Positions 20,276 through 29,028 of a DNA stretch of 64,000 nucleotides are shown here, in pieces; within the stretch, counting starts at the first letter, position 1, and each line of letters starts with the position of its first letter. The stretch is from an uncultured Solirubrobacteraceae bacterium (GTDB lineage Bacteria; Actinomycetota; Thermoleophilia; Solirubrobacterales; Solirubrobacteraceae): assembly GCA_963789005.1 (NCBI GenBank), contig CAWBIZ010000008.1, positions 15,643-79,642 on the forward strand, read 5' to 3'. The position numbers were made by a program, and so were the translations under genes. The notes beneath the pieces were generated by a model. The model was not told where the DNA came from and ran no database searches. It saw only the letters and a program-made list of their open reading frames with translations.

Positions 20276-21978
20276 CCGCGGACGGTCACCTCTTCGAGCA
20301 GCGCCGTTGCGTCCTGGGGGCGCAGCGGCGCGCTCACGTGAAAGCCCTGGGCGAACTCGCAGCCCAAGAGCCGGAGGTGCTCGAGCTGGGTGGCGGTCTC
20401 CACGCCCTCGGCGACGACCTCGAGCGAGAGGCTGTGGGCGAGCCCGACGAGCGCCTTGACGATCTCGAACGCCCCGGCCTCCCGGCCCATGGCGGCGACC
20501 AGGCCGCGGTGGATCTTCACCGCGTCGCCCGGGAAGCGGTGCAGCAGGCGCAGCGAGCTGGCGCCGGTGCCGAAGTCGTCGAGATGCGAGCGCACGCCGT
20601 GGATCTCGAGCGCCTGAGTGAGCGTGTGCTGGGCGTACTCGAGCGTGTGCTCGGAGACCTCGAGCCGGAGCGCGCGGGGATCGAGCCGCGACGCCGTGAG
20701 CGCGGCGCCGAGCGCGAGCCCGAACCCGGGGTCCGCGAGCTCGCGGTGTGAGACGTTGACGCCGACGATCAGGCCGGCGCCGGCGGGCGTGCGCCGCCAG
20801 GCCGCGAGCCGGGCGGTCGCCTGCTCCAGCACCCAGCGGCCGAGCGGGACGATCAGGCCGGTCTCCTCGGCGATCGGCAGGAACTCGGACGGCTCGACGA
20901 AGCTGTCGCCCTCCGGCCAGCGGCAGAGCGCCTCGAAGCCGGCGATCCGGCCGGTGGCGGCCTGCACGATCGGCTGGTAGGCGACCTCGAGCCGGCGCTC
21001 CTCGATCGCCTTCCGCAGCTCGGTCTCCATGTCCAGCCGGCGCATCACCTGCGTGTGCATGCGGGCGTCGAACACGGCCTGGCGCCCGCGGCCGTCGGCC
21101 TTGGCGCGGTACATGGCGACGTCGGCGTCTCGCAGGACCGTCTCGGGCGCCGCGTCGGCGCCGGCGAGCGCGATCCCGATGCTGGCGTCGATGTGCAGCT
21201 CGCGGTCGTTGATCACGAACGGCGTTCTGAGCGTCGCGCGGACGCGCTCGGCCACGAGCGACGCCTCATGGGCGTCGGACACGCCGTCGAGAAGGACGGT
21301 GAACTCGTCGCCGCCGAGGCGGGCGACGGTGTCGGGCGGCCGGACGGCCGACTCGAGCCGCCGCGCGACCGCGATCAGCAGCCGGTCCCCCGCCTGGTGA
21401 CCGAGCGAGTCGTTGACGAGCTTGAAGCGATCGAGGTCGAGGAACAGCACGGCGGCGGCCGCCTGCGGGGTGGCACGCTGCGCGCGGCGGATCGCCTGGT
21501 CCAGGCGGTCGACGAACAGGACGCGGTTGGGGATCCCCGTGAGCGCGTCGTGCAGGGCGTCGTGCTGGAGGCGCTCCTCGGCGTGCTTGCGGGCCGAAAC
21601 GTCGGTCAGGCTGCCGACGACCCGGGTCGCCTGCCCGGCGTGGTCGCGCACAGCCGTCCCGCGAGCGAGCATCCACCGGTACGAGCCGTCCCGGTCCTGG
21701 ATCCGGTGCTCGTGCTCGAGATGCTGCGACGTACCCGCGCAGAGCGCCTCGATCGCCTGCTGGAGCGCGGCGCGATCGTCGGCGTGGACGCGGCCGAGCC
21801 ACTCTCCCGGCGCGTCGCCGAGCTCGTCGCCGGCGTACCCGAGCATCGCCTTCCAGCGGGGCGAGAGGTACAGCCGCTCGCGCGTGATGTCCCAGTCCCA
21901 CACGCCGTCGCCCGTGGCGTGCATCGCGAGCGCGTGGCGGTGCTCGGTGGTTTCAGCGTCGCCCTCGTCGGCGGTCAC
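20272..21978 (-). CDS. PAS-GGDEF-EAL c-di-GMP turnover protein
   Basis: PAS-like GDGVWDWDITRERLYLSPRWKAMLGY, then RLGGDEFTVLL, EALCRW and DDFGTG. The GTG start at 21978 overlaps the upstream stop in a GTGA arrangement. Confidence 0.88.
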   Translation of the reverse strand: MTADEGDAETTEHRHALAMHATGDGVWDWDITRERLYLSPRWKAMLGYAGDELGDAPGEWLGRVHADDRAALQQAIEALCAGTSQHLEHEHRIQDRDGSYRWMLARGTAVRDHAGQATRVVGSLTDVSARKHAEERLQHDALHDALTGIPNRVLFVDRLDQAIRRAQRATPQAAAAVLFLDLDRFKLVNDSLGHQAGDRLLIAVARRLESAVRPPDTVARLGGDEFTVLLDGVSDAHEASLVAERVRATLRTPFVINDRELHIDASIGIALAGADAAPETVLRDADVAMYRAKADGRGRQAVFDARMHTQVMRRLDMETELRKAIEERRLEVAYQPIVQAATGRIAGFEALCRWPEGDSFVEPSEFLPIAEETGLIVPLGRWVLEQATARLAAWRRTPAGAGLIVGVNVSHRELADPGFGLALGAALTASRLDPRALRLEVSEHTLEYAQHTLTQALEIHGVRSHLDDFGTGASSLRLLHRFPGDAVKIHRGLVAAMGREAGAFEIVKALVGLAHSLSLEVVAEGVETATQLEHLRLLGCEFAQGFHVSAPLRPQDATALLEEVTVRG

Positions 21979-22472
21979 GGGAGTTCCCGCTGCGGCGGCA
22001 GCGCGGCGGCGTCGAGCCAGTACGCGGTCAGCACCTTGATCAGGCGTACCAGCTCGATGAAGGTGGCCGGCTTCGGGATCACCGTGTTCGCCCCGGCCTC
22101 GTACGCGGCGGCCGTGGCGGTCGCGTCGAGCCCGCTCGCGATCACGACGACGGGGATGTGCCGCAGGTCGGCGTCGCGCTTGATCCGCGCGACCGCGCAG
22201 ACCCCGTCCTCGTCGGGCAGCCCGAGGTCGACCAGCACCACCGCCGGCTTCGGGTTCGCCGGGTTCGGGTCGCGCAGGTAGCGCTCCAGCTCCTCCGCGC
22301 TCTCGACCGTGCGCAGCATGCACGGGCCGGTGCCCTCGAGCAGCGCGTCGCGGATCATCGCCCGCGCGTCGGCATCGGCGTCCGCGAGCAGGACCGTCGG
22401 CGCGAGCGAAGCCGCAGCCGCGGCGCGTCCCGCCGTCGCGCCAGTGCCGGTGACCGTCCGTGGCCGCCCCAT
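21975..22472 (-). CDS. Stand-alone response-regulator receiver domain protein
   Basis: TVLLADADADAR..., phospho-acceptor context VVLVDLGLPDEDG, and the conserved K in VIPKPATF. Start placed at ATG 22472, preceded by GAAGGA. Confidence 0.85.
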   Translation of the reverse strand: MGRPRTVTGTGATAGRAAAAASLAPTVLLADADADARAMIRDALLEGTGPCMLRTVESAEELERYLRDPNPANPKPAVVLVDLGLPDEDGVCAVARIKRDADLRHIPVVVIASGLDATATAAAYEAGANTVIPKPATFIELVRLIKVLTAYWLDAAALPPQRELP

Positions 22473-22599
22473 ATCTGGTCCTTCATCGCTCCTGTACGTC
22501 ATGGGCGGCATCGATGCCGCACCGATGCATCGAGCCTACGCACCGGCCGCTATTACACGAGCGCGTTTCGGCGGATGTTCGAGAAGACTGACCGTTCGG

Positions 22600-23892
22600 T
22601 TAGGTCTGCCCGACCGCGGCGACCGCGCGTGCGGCAGCGTCGATCTCGGCGTCGTCCAGCGTGCGCGGATCGAGGAGCAACCGGTCGTCCTGGATGCGCC
22701 CGATCAGCGGGGGGTCGCCGGCGCGCAACGCGGCCGCCAGCGTGTCCGCGCCGGCCGGGCCGGGATCGAGCGCCACCGCGGGACCGTGCAGCTCGAGCAG
22801 CGGCAGCGCGCCGCCGCCGACGCGCGCCACGGCGCGGATCACGGCGCCGCCCGTGGCGGCGGCCAGCCGCTCGGCGCGCGCGGCGAGCGCGTCCTCGTCC
22901 ACCGTCAGCATCGCGAGCACCGGGATCGCCGCGCGGGCCTGCTCGGGGTCGCGGTAGAGCGCGAGCGTGGCCTCGAGCGCGGCCAGCGAGAGCTTGTCGA
23001 TCCGCATGGCGCGGGCGAGCGGATGGCGCCGGCAGGCCTCGACGGCGTCGTGCGCGCCGGCGAGCAGCCCCGCTTGAGGGCCCCCGAGCAGCTTGTCGCC
23101 CGAGAAGCAGACGACGGCCGCGCCCGCGCGCACCGACCGGCGCACGGGCGGCTCGTCGGCCAGCACCGCGACGTCGTCCGCGAGCAGGCCGGAGCCGACG
23201 TCGTCGATCACCGGGACGCCGAGCCCGCACAGCGCCTCGATCGCGACGGACTCGACGAACCCGAGCGTGCGGAAGTTCGACGGATGGACGCGCAGGATCG
23301 CGGCGGTCTCGGGCCCGAGCGCCGCGGCGTAGTCGGCCAGCCGCGTGCGGTTCGTCGTGCCGACCTCCACGAGCCGGGCTCCCGCCTGGGCGACGACGTC
23401 GGGGATCCGGAACGCCCCGCCGATCTCGATCGCCTGCCCGCGCGAGACGACGAGCTCGCGTCCGCCCGCGAGCGCCGCGGCGGCGAGCAGCGTCGCGGCC
23501 GCGCAGTTGTTGACGGCGAGCGCGGCCTCGGCGCCGGTCAGCTCGCGCAGCAGGCCCTCGACGTGGTCCTGGCGCGACCCTCGCCTGCCCGTCTCGACGT
23601 CGAGCTCGAGGTTGGAGTAGCCGTCGGCGACCCGGACGACCGCGTCGCGCGCGGCCGCCGCGAGCGGCGCGCGCCCGAGGTTCGTGTGCACCACGACTCC
23701 GGTGGCGTTGAGCACGCGCCGGAGCGACGGGCGCAGCCGCGACCGGGCGCGGTCGACGAGGTCGGGGTCGTCGCCGGCGCCGGACAGCAGCTCGGTGCGG
23801 CGGTCGGCCAGCTCGGCGCGTGCGACCGCGGTCGCGAGGCGGTCGACGGACGGCAGCGCACGCAGTCGCTCGCGGCGATCGTCGGCGTCCAT
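22600..23892 (-). CDS. selA: L-seryl-tRNA(Sec) selenium transferase
   Basis: PLP-lysine motif FSGDKLLGGPQAG, N-terminal LPSVDRL, 430 aa. Confidence 0.92.
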   Translation of the reverse strand: MDADDRRERLRALPSVDRLATAVARAELADRRTELLSGAGDDPDLVDRARSRLRPSLRRVLNATGVVVHTNLGRAPLAAAARDAVVRVADGYSNLELDVETGRRGSRQDHVEGLLRELTGAEAALAVNNCAAATLLAAAALAGGRELVVSRGQAIEIGGAFRIPDVVAQAGARLVEVGTTNRTRLADYAAALGPETAAILRVHPSNFRTLGFVESVAIEALCGLGVPVIDDVGSGLLADDVAVLADEPPVRRSVRAGAAVVCFSGDKLLGGPQAGLLAGAHDAVEACRRHPLARAMRIDKLSLAALEATLALYRDPEQARAAIPVLAMLTVDEDALAARAERLAAATGGAVIRAVARVGGGALPLLELHGPAVALDPGPAGADTLAAALRAGDPPLIGRIQDDRLLLDPRTLDDAEIDAAARAVAAVGQT

Positions 23893-23924
23893 GCCCGGGA
23901 TGATCCCAGGCGCCGCGCGGCGGG

Positions 23925-24200
23925 CTAGCCTCCGAGGCCCTTCAGCTCGCGCCAGCGCTCCCGGGCCTGGATCACCAGCAGCGCGATCTGGCCGAGCTCG
24001 TCGCCCTGCTCGACGAACGCCGGCAGCATGAACCGGACCTGTTCGCCGTCCTGAACGCGCACGAGCGTGATCTGGTGCTCGCCGGTGGCGTCGTCGCGCT
24101 CGAACGGCAGGTAGCGCCAGCCGTCGGCGCCGGCGACCGGGACGCGTCCCTCGTCGTCGACGGGGCTCGCATCCGGGTCGGTCGGGTCGCTGCCGAACAT
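23925..24200 (-). CDS. Small acidic hypothetical protein in the FDH-selA operon
   Basis: 91 aa with high GC3. It starts 4 nt after the stop of the Fe-S module gene and ends 32 nt before selA. I recognise no motif. Confidence 0.6.
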   Translation of the reverse strand: MFGSDPTDPDASPVDDEGRVPVAGADGWRYLPFERDDATGEHQITLVRVQDGEQVRFMLPAFVEQGDELGQIALLVIQARERWRELKGLGG

Positions 24201-24204
24201 TCGC

Positions 24205-25167
24205 TCAGTCCTCCTCCGCCGGTCCGGGCAGTCCGCTGCGATCGTTCTGGACGAACTGGAAGCCGAACCGGCCCTTGATGCACAGGTTGCCGCTCGTCAC
24301 CGGATGGTCGAGTGGCGAGGTGACCTTGACGATCTCGTTGTCCTGCTCGTGCAGCACCAGGTTGCAGCCGACGCCGCAGTACGTGCAGATCGTCTGCGTC
24401 TGCGTCTGGCGCTCCTCGTCCCAGTCGCCCTGCTCGCGGAGGTCGAACTCGCTCTTGAACATCAGCGCGCCGGTCGGGCAGACGGCGATGCAGTTGCCGC
24501 AGTACACGCACGCGGAGTCCGGCAGCGGGTTGGCGAACTCGGTGGCGATCCGCGCGTCGAAGCCGCGGCCGGCAACGGCGATCGCGAACGTGTTCTGCCA
24601 GTCGGTGCCGCAGCCCTCGACGCACTTGTAACAGAGGATGCACTTCGCGTAGTCGCGCACGTAGAGCTCGTTGTCGACCTTGACCGGCTGGTGCACGGTG
24701 GCCGCGTGGCGACCGTCGGGCGTCTCGTGGTGGCCGGCGCGGAGGCGGTCGCGCTCGCCGGCCTCGAACGGGGGCGCCGGCGGTCCGTAGCGGTCGGGGT
24801 CGGCGCCGTACTCCTCGATCCAGCGGTCGACGTCGGGCATCGCCGACAGGTCGACGGAGGAGGCGAGGAACTCGATCACCATCCTGCGGCTCAGCTTCAC
24901 GCGATCGGAGTGGGTCTCGACCTCCATGCCCTCCTCGACCTTGCGCGAGCAGGACGGGACGAGCGTGCGGGCGCCCTTGACCTCGCACACGCACACGCGG
25001 CAGGCGTTGACGGGCGTGAGCGTGCGCTCCCAGCACATCGTGGGGATGTCGATCCCCTGGCCCTGTGCGACGTCGAGGATCGTCTGGTCCTCGCGCGCGG
25101 TGACGGGCTCGCCGTTGAGCGTGAGCTCGACGACGCGCGCCGGCGCCCCGGTCCGTGTCCTGCTCAT
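24205..25167 (-). CDS. Formate dehydrogenase Fe-S module (NuoG/FdsA N-terminal-like: 2Fe-2S, 2x 4Fe-4S ferredoxin, MopB 4Fe-4S)
   Basis: C-terminal 320 aa of ORF 24205..26574. Motifs CWERTLTPVNACRVCVC...C, CILCYKCVEGC, CVYCGNCIAVCP and CTYCGVGC...CIKG. Its ATG at 25167 overlaps the upstream stop as ATGA. Confidence 0.88.
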   Translation of the reverse strand: MSRTRTGAPARVVELTLNGEPVTAREDQTILDVAQGQGIDIPTMCWERTLTPVNACRVCVCEVKGARTLVPSCSRKVEEGMEVETHSDRVKLSRRMVIEFLASSVDLSAMPDVDRWIEEYGADPDRYGPPAPPFEAGERDRLRAGHHETPDGRHAATVHQPVKVDNELYVRDYAKCILCYKCVEGCGTDWQNTFAIAVAGRGFDARIATEFANPLPDSACVYCGNCIAVCPTGALMFKSEFDLREQGDWDEERQTQTQTICTYCGVGCNLVLHEQDNEIVKVTSPLDHPVTSGNLCIKGRFGFQFVQNDRSGLPGPAEED

Positions 25168-27026
25168 CGCTGCCCCGCCGTCTCGAAGACGTCGAGCTTG
25201 CGCAGCGCCGACTCGATCGCGTCGGCGGCGGTCTGCCCGAGCCCGCAGATCGACGCGTCGCGCATCGACGCGGTGATCTCGTCCAGCAGCGCATACTCCT
25301 GCTCGACCGACCCTCGGGGGCGCCCGTTGACGAGCCGGGCGAGCGCCTCCTCCTGGCGGACCGTGCCGACCCGGCAGGGCACGCACTGGCCGCACGACTC
25401 GTCGCGGAAGAACGCGGCCAGCCGCATCAGGATGGCCGGGAGGTCGACGGTGTCGTCGACGACCATGACGACGCCGGAGCCCATGCTGACCCCGGCCTCG
25501 CGCGTGGCCTCGAACGACATCTCGACGTCGAGCTCGTCCGGCGTGACGAAGCGGCCCGCGGCTCCGCCGAGCATGACCGTCCGCAGCGGCCGCCCGTCGA
25601 TCACGCCGCCGCCCAGCTCGAGCAGCTCGCGGAGCGTGACGCCGAACGGCGCTTCGTACAGCCCGGGCTTCGCGATCCGGCCCGAGAGGCAGAACAGGCG
25701 CGTCCCGGTCGAGTCCTCGGTGCCGATCCGCGCGTAGGCCTCGCCTCCCTCCATGACGATGCCCGGGACGTTGACCAGCGTCTCGACGTTGTTGATCACG
25801 GTGGGCTTGTCGAACAGGCCCTTGTCGACCGGGAACGGCGGCTTGTTGCGGGGCTCGCCGCGATAGCCCTCGATCGAGTTGAAGAGCGCGGTCTCCTCGC
25901 CGCAGATGTAGGCGCCGGCCCCCTTGCGCAGCTCGATGTCGAACGCGTGGCCCTGGCCGAGGATGTCCTGGCCGAGGAAGCCGCGTGCGCGGGCGGCGGT
26001 GATCGCGCGCACGAGCCGGTCCCAGGCCAGCGGGTACTCGCCGCGCAGGTACAGGTAGCCGTGCTCGCAGCCGGTCGCGATGCCGGCGATCGTCATCGAC
26101 TCGACGATCGAGAACGGGTCGTGCTCGAGGATCACGCGGTCCTTGAACGTGCCCGGCTCGGACTCGTCGGCGTTGCAGATCAGGTAGTGCGGGCGCTTGG
26201 CGTTGCGGGCGACCGCCTCCCACTTGCGTCCGGTCGGGAACGCCGCGCCGCCGCGGCCCAGGAGCTTGGAGTCCGTCACCTCGCGCAGCACGCGGTCCGG
26301 CCCCATCTCGACGGCGGCGCGCAGCGCCTCGTAGCCGCCGTGCGCGCGGTAGCTGTCGATGCTCTCGGGGTCGACCACGCCGACGCGGCGCAGCAGCCGC
26401 AGCGACGGGTCGCCGGCCTGCGGGACGCGCGGCGCCGGTGGCGGCGGCGCCTCGCCGCTCGCGAGCATGGCCGCGATGTCGGCGGCGTCGACCGGCGCGG
26501 CAGACGCCTCGCGCGGCTCGGGGCCCGCCACGGTCAGCATCGCGGCGGGCGCGTACTCGCACATCCCCAGGCATGGGCTCTCATGCCACACGGCCTGGCC
26601 GTTGCCGGGATGCGATCCCTCGGGACCGACGGTCCGCTCGAGGTCCGCGACGAGCTCCTGCGATCCGCGCGCGATGCAGGCCACGTCGGTGCACACGTGG
26701 GCCACGACCGGCGGCTGCGGCTCGAGCGAGAACAGCGCGTAGAACGACGCCACGCCGTACGCCTCGGCCGGCGGGATCGTCAGCCGCCGGCAGACGTAGT
26801 TGAGCGCACCGCGGCTGATCCACCCGACGCGCGACTGGAGCGCGTGCAGCGTCGGGAGCAGCAGGTGGCGCTGTGCGCGCGCGGCATGCCCGCCGCGTGC
26901 CACGCGCTGGTCGCGGGCGGAGGCCTGCTCGGCGCCCTCCCAGCTCGACCGCGGCGGGCCGAGCACCGCGTCGACGGCCTCGCGCTCCGGCGCCGTCGGC
27001 AGCTCGTTCTGGATGACGAGGTCCAT
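25164..27026 (-). CDS. NuoE-like + NuoF-like fusion (NAD/FMN diaphorase module of NAD-dependent formate dehydrogenase)
   Basis: NuoE-type 2Fe-2S motif (VCTDVAC...CLGMC), then GRGGAAFPTGRKWE, the FMN/NAD motif ICNADESEPGTFKDR, and the 4Fe-4S motif ESCGQCVPCR. The start overlaps the upstream stop as TGATG. Confidence 0.9.
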   Translation of the reverse strand: MDLVIQNELPTAPEREAVDAVLGPPRSSWEGAEQASARDQRVARGGHAARAQRHLLLPTLHALQSRVGWISRGALNYVCRRLTIPPAEAYGVASFYALFSLEPQPPVVAHVCTDVACIARGSQELVADLERTVGPEGSHPGNGQAVWHESPCLGMCEYAPAAMLTVAGPEPREASAAPVDAADIAAMLASGEAPPPPAPRVPQAGDPSLRLLRRVGVVDPESIDSYRAHGGYEALRAAVEMGPDRVLREVTDSKLLGRGGAAFPTGRKWEAVARNAKRPHYLICNADESEPGTFKDRVILEHDPFSIVESMTIAGIATGCEHGYLYLRGEYPLAWDRLVRAITAARARGFLGQDILGQGHAFDIELRKGAGAYICGEETALFNSIEGYRGEPRNKPPFPVDKGLFDKPTVINNVETLVNVPGIVMEGGEAYARIGTEDSTGTRLFCLSGRIAKPGLYEAPFGVTLRELLELGGGVIDGRPLRTVMLGGAAGRFVTPDELDVEMSFEATREAGVSMGSGVVMVVDDTVDLPAILMRLAAFFRDESCGQCVPCRVGTVRQEEALARLVNGRPRGSVEQEYALLDEITASMRDASICGLGQTAADAIESALRKLDVFETAGQR

Positions 27027-28975
27027 CAGCCGGCCGGCTGCGCGGCGGCGCTGCGCCGCTCCGCCTCCTCGTCCTCGCCGAGCGGGATCCGGTCGACCCG
27101 GATCGCGGTGGCCTTGAACTCCGCGGTGCCCGACTTCGGATCGGTCGCGTTGATGGTGAGCAGGTTGGTCTCCACCTCGTCGGGGAAGTGCAGCGTCATG
27201 AACGCCAGGCCGGGGCGCAGCGACGACTCGATGCGCACCGGGGCGATGACGCTACCTCGCGCCGACGACACGCGCACCCGCTCGCCGCTGACCACGCCGA
27301 GCTCCTCGGCGTCCTGCGCCGACAGCTCGAGCTCCTCCCCGCGCCGCAGCGGCGACGTGTAGCCGCCGCTCTGCACGCCGGTGTTGAAGGAGTCGAGCCG
27401 GCGGCCGGTCGTCAGGCGCAGCGGGTACTGCTCCGAGAGCGCCTCGACGGGCGGGGAGTCCTCGACCGCGTGGAACACGGCCGCCGGCCCCTCCAGCGGC
27501 TCCTTCCACAGCCGCCCGTGCAGGAACGTCGGCTCGAGCGTGTCCTCGCTGAAGCATGGCCACTGGATCCCGCCGAGCTCCTCCAGCCGCCGGTAGCTCA
27601 TCCCGGCGTGGTTCGGCGCCAGCGAGCGCAGCTCGTCCCAGACGTCCTCGGCCGACTCGTACTCCCAGCTGTGGCCGAGGCGTCCCGCGAGGTCGACCAT
27701 GATGCGCACGTCGTCGCGCGCGTTGCCCGGCGGCTCGAGCGCGGCGCGGACCCGCTGCACGCGCCGCTCGCTGTTCGTCACCGTGCCCTCCGCCTCGCAC
27801 CAGCTGGCCGAGGCCGGCAGCACGACGTCGGCCATCTCCGCGGTCGCGGTGCGGAAGATGTCCTGCACGACGAGGTGGTCGAGGCGCTCGAACAGGCCTC
27901 TGACGTGATGGCCGTCGGCGTCGGACTGGATCGGGTTCTCGCCGAGCACGAACATCGTCGTCAGCTCGTCGCGGTCGATCGCCTCGAACATCTCGGTCAT
28001 GTGCCAGCCGTACTTCGGCGTGAGCTTGACGCCCCACGCCCGCTCGTACTTCGCAACCGCCTCGGGGTCGGTCTCGAGGTCCTGGAAGCCCGGCAGCCGG
28101 TTCGGGATCGCGCCCATGTCGCCGCCGCCCTGCACGTTGTTCTGGCCGCGCAGCGGGTTCAGGCCCGAGCCGTAGCGGCCCACGTGCCCGGTCAGCAGCG
28201 CCAGGTTGATCAGCGCGAGCACGTTGTCGACCGCGTTGTGGTGCTCGGTGATCCCCAGCGTCCAGCAGATCTGGGCGCGATCCGCGCGCGCGTACGTGTG
28301 CGCGACGTCCCGGATCACGTCGCCCGGCACGCCGCTGAGCGCCTCGGCCCGCTCCAGCGTGTACGGCTCGACGGCGGCCGCGAAGGCCTCGAAGCCCGAC
28401 GTGCCGCGCTCGATGAACTCGCGGTTGTGCAGCCCCGCGTGGATGATCTCGCGGGCCATCCCGTTCGCCAGCGCGACGTCGCTGCCCACGTTGAGGCCGA
28501 GCCACGTGTCGGCCCACTGCGCGGTCGTGGTCCGCCGCGGGTCGATCGCGTACATGCGCGCCCCGCTGTGGATCGCCTTCAGCACGTGGTGGAAGAAGAT
28601 CGGGTGCGCCTCGCGCGCGTTGGAGCCCCACAGCAGGATCACGTCCGTGTCCTGCACCTCCTGGTATGAGCTGGTGCCTCCACCAGCGCCGAATACCGTC
28701 GCCAGACCGACGACGCTAGGAGCGTGTCAAGTTCGGTTGCACGAATCGATGTTGTTCGTGCCGATCGCCACGCGCGTGAACTTCTGCGCGATGAAGTTGA
28801 CCTCGTTCGTGGCCTTGGAGCAGCTGAGCATCCCGTACGTGTCGGGCCCGTGGGCGTCGACCGCGCGGCGGAAGCCGGATGCGGCGCGGTCGAGTGCCTC
28901 GTCCCAGGTCGCTGTGCGCAGGACCCCGTCGTCGCGGACCAGTGGCTCGGTCAGGCGGGCGTACTTCCTCGGCAT
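27026..28975 (-). CDS. fdhA: Formate dehydrogenase molybdopterin catalytic module, selenocysteine-containing (UGA at 28727-28729 read as Sec)
   Basis: ORFs 28727..28975 and 27026..28657 share one frame. Reading through TGA gives ...NIDSCNRT-U-HAPSVVGLATVFGAGGGTSSYQEVQDTDVILLWGSN..., the FdhF-type active-site context. GGAGAG lies 5 nt upstream of ATG 28975. Confidence 0.9.
28697..28715 (-). promoter_or_regulatory. Bacterial SECIS hairpin
   Basis: On the mRNA strand the element is CGUCGUC-GGUCU-GGCGACG: a 7-bp stem with one G.U pair and apical loop GGUCU. It starts 11 nt after the UGA. Confidence 0.65.
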
Positions 28976-29028
28976 GTCCGCTCTCCAGGATTGCGTGTCC
29001 AGGGCGTTTGCAGCGTAACAATGTCCCC

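Noticed and set aside
24205-26574. 789-aa ORF treated as a single gene.
   Set aside because: Its N-terminal about 470 aa are an out-of-frame reading of the NuoE-NuoF gene. The real gene starts at ATG 25167, which is ATGA-coupled to the upstream stop.
28727-28729. The TGA as a genuine stop, making the FDH a pseudogene or two genes.
   Set aside because: The frame continues with the conserved active-site sequence. A SECIS-like hairpin sits at the canonical 11-nt distance, and selA, selB, selC and selD are all adjacent.
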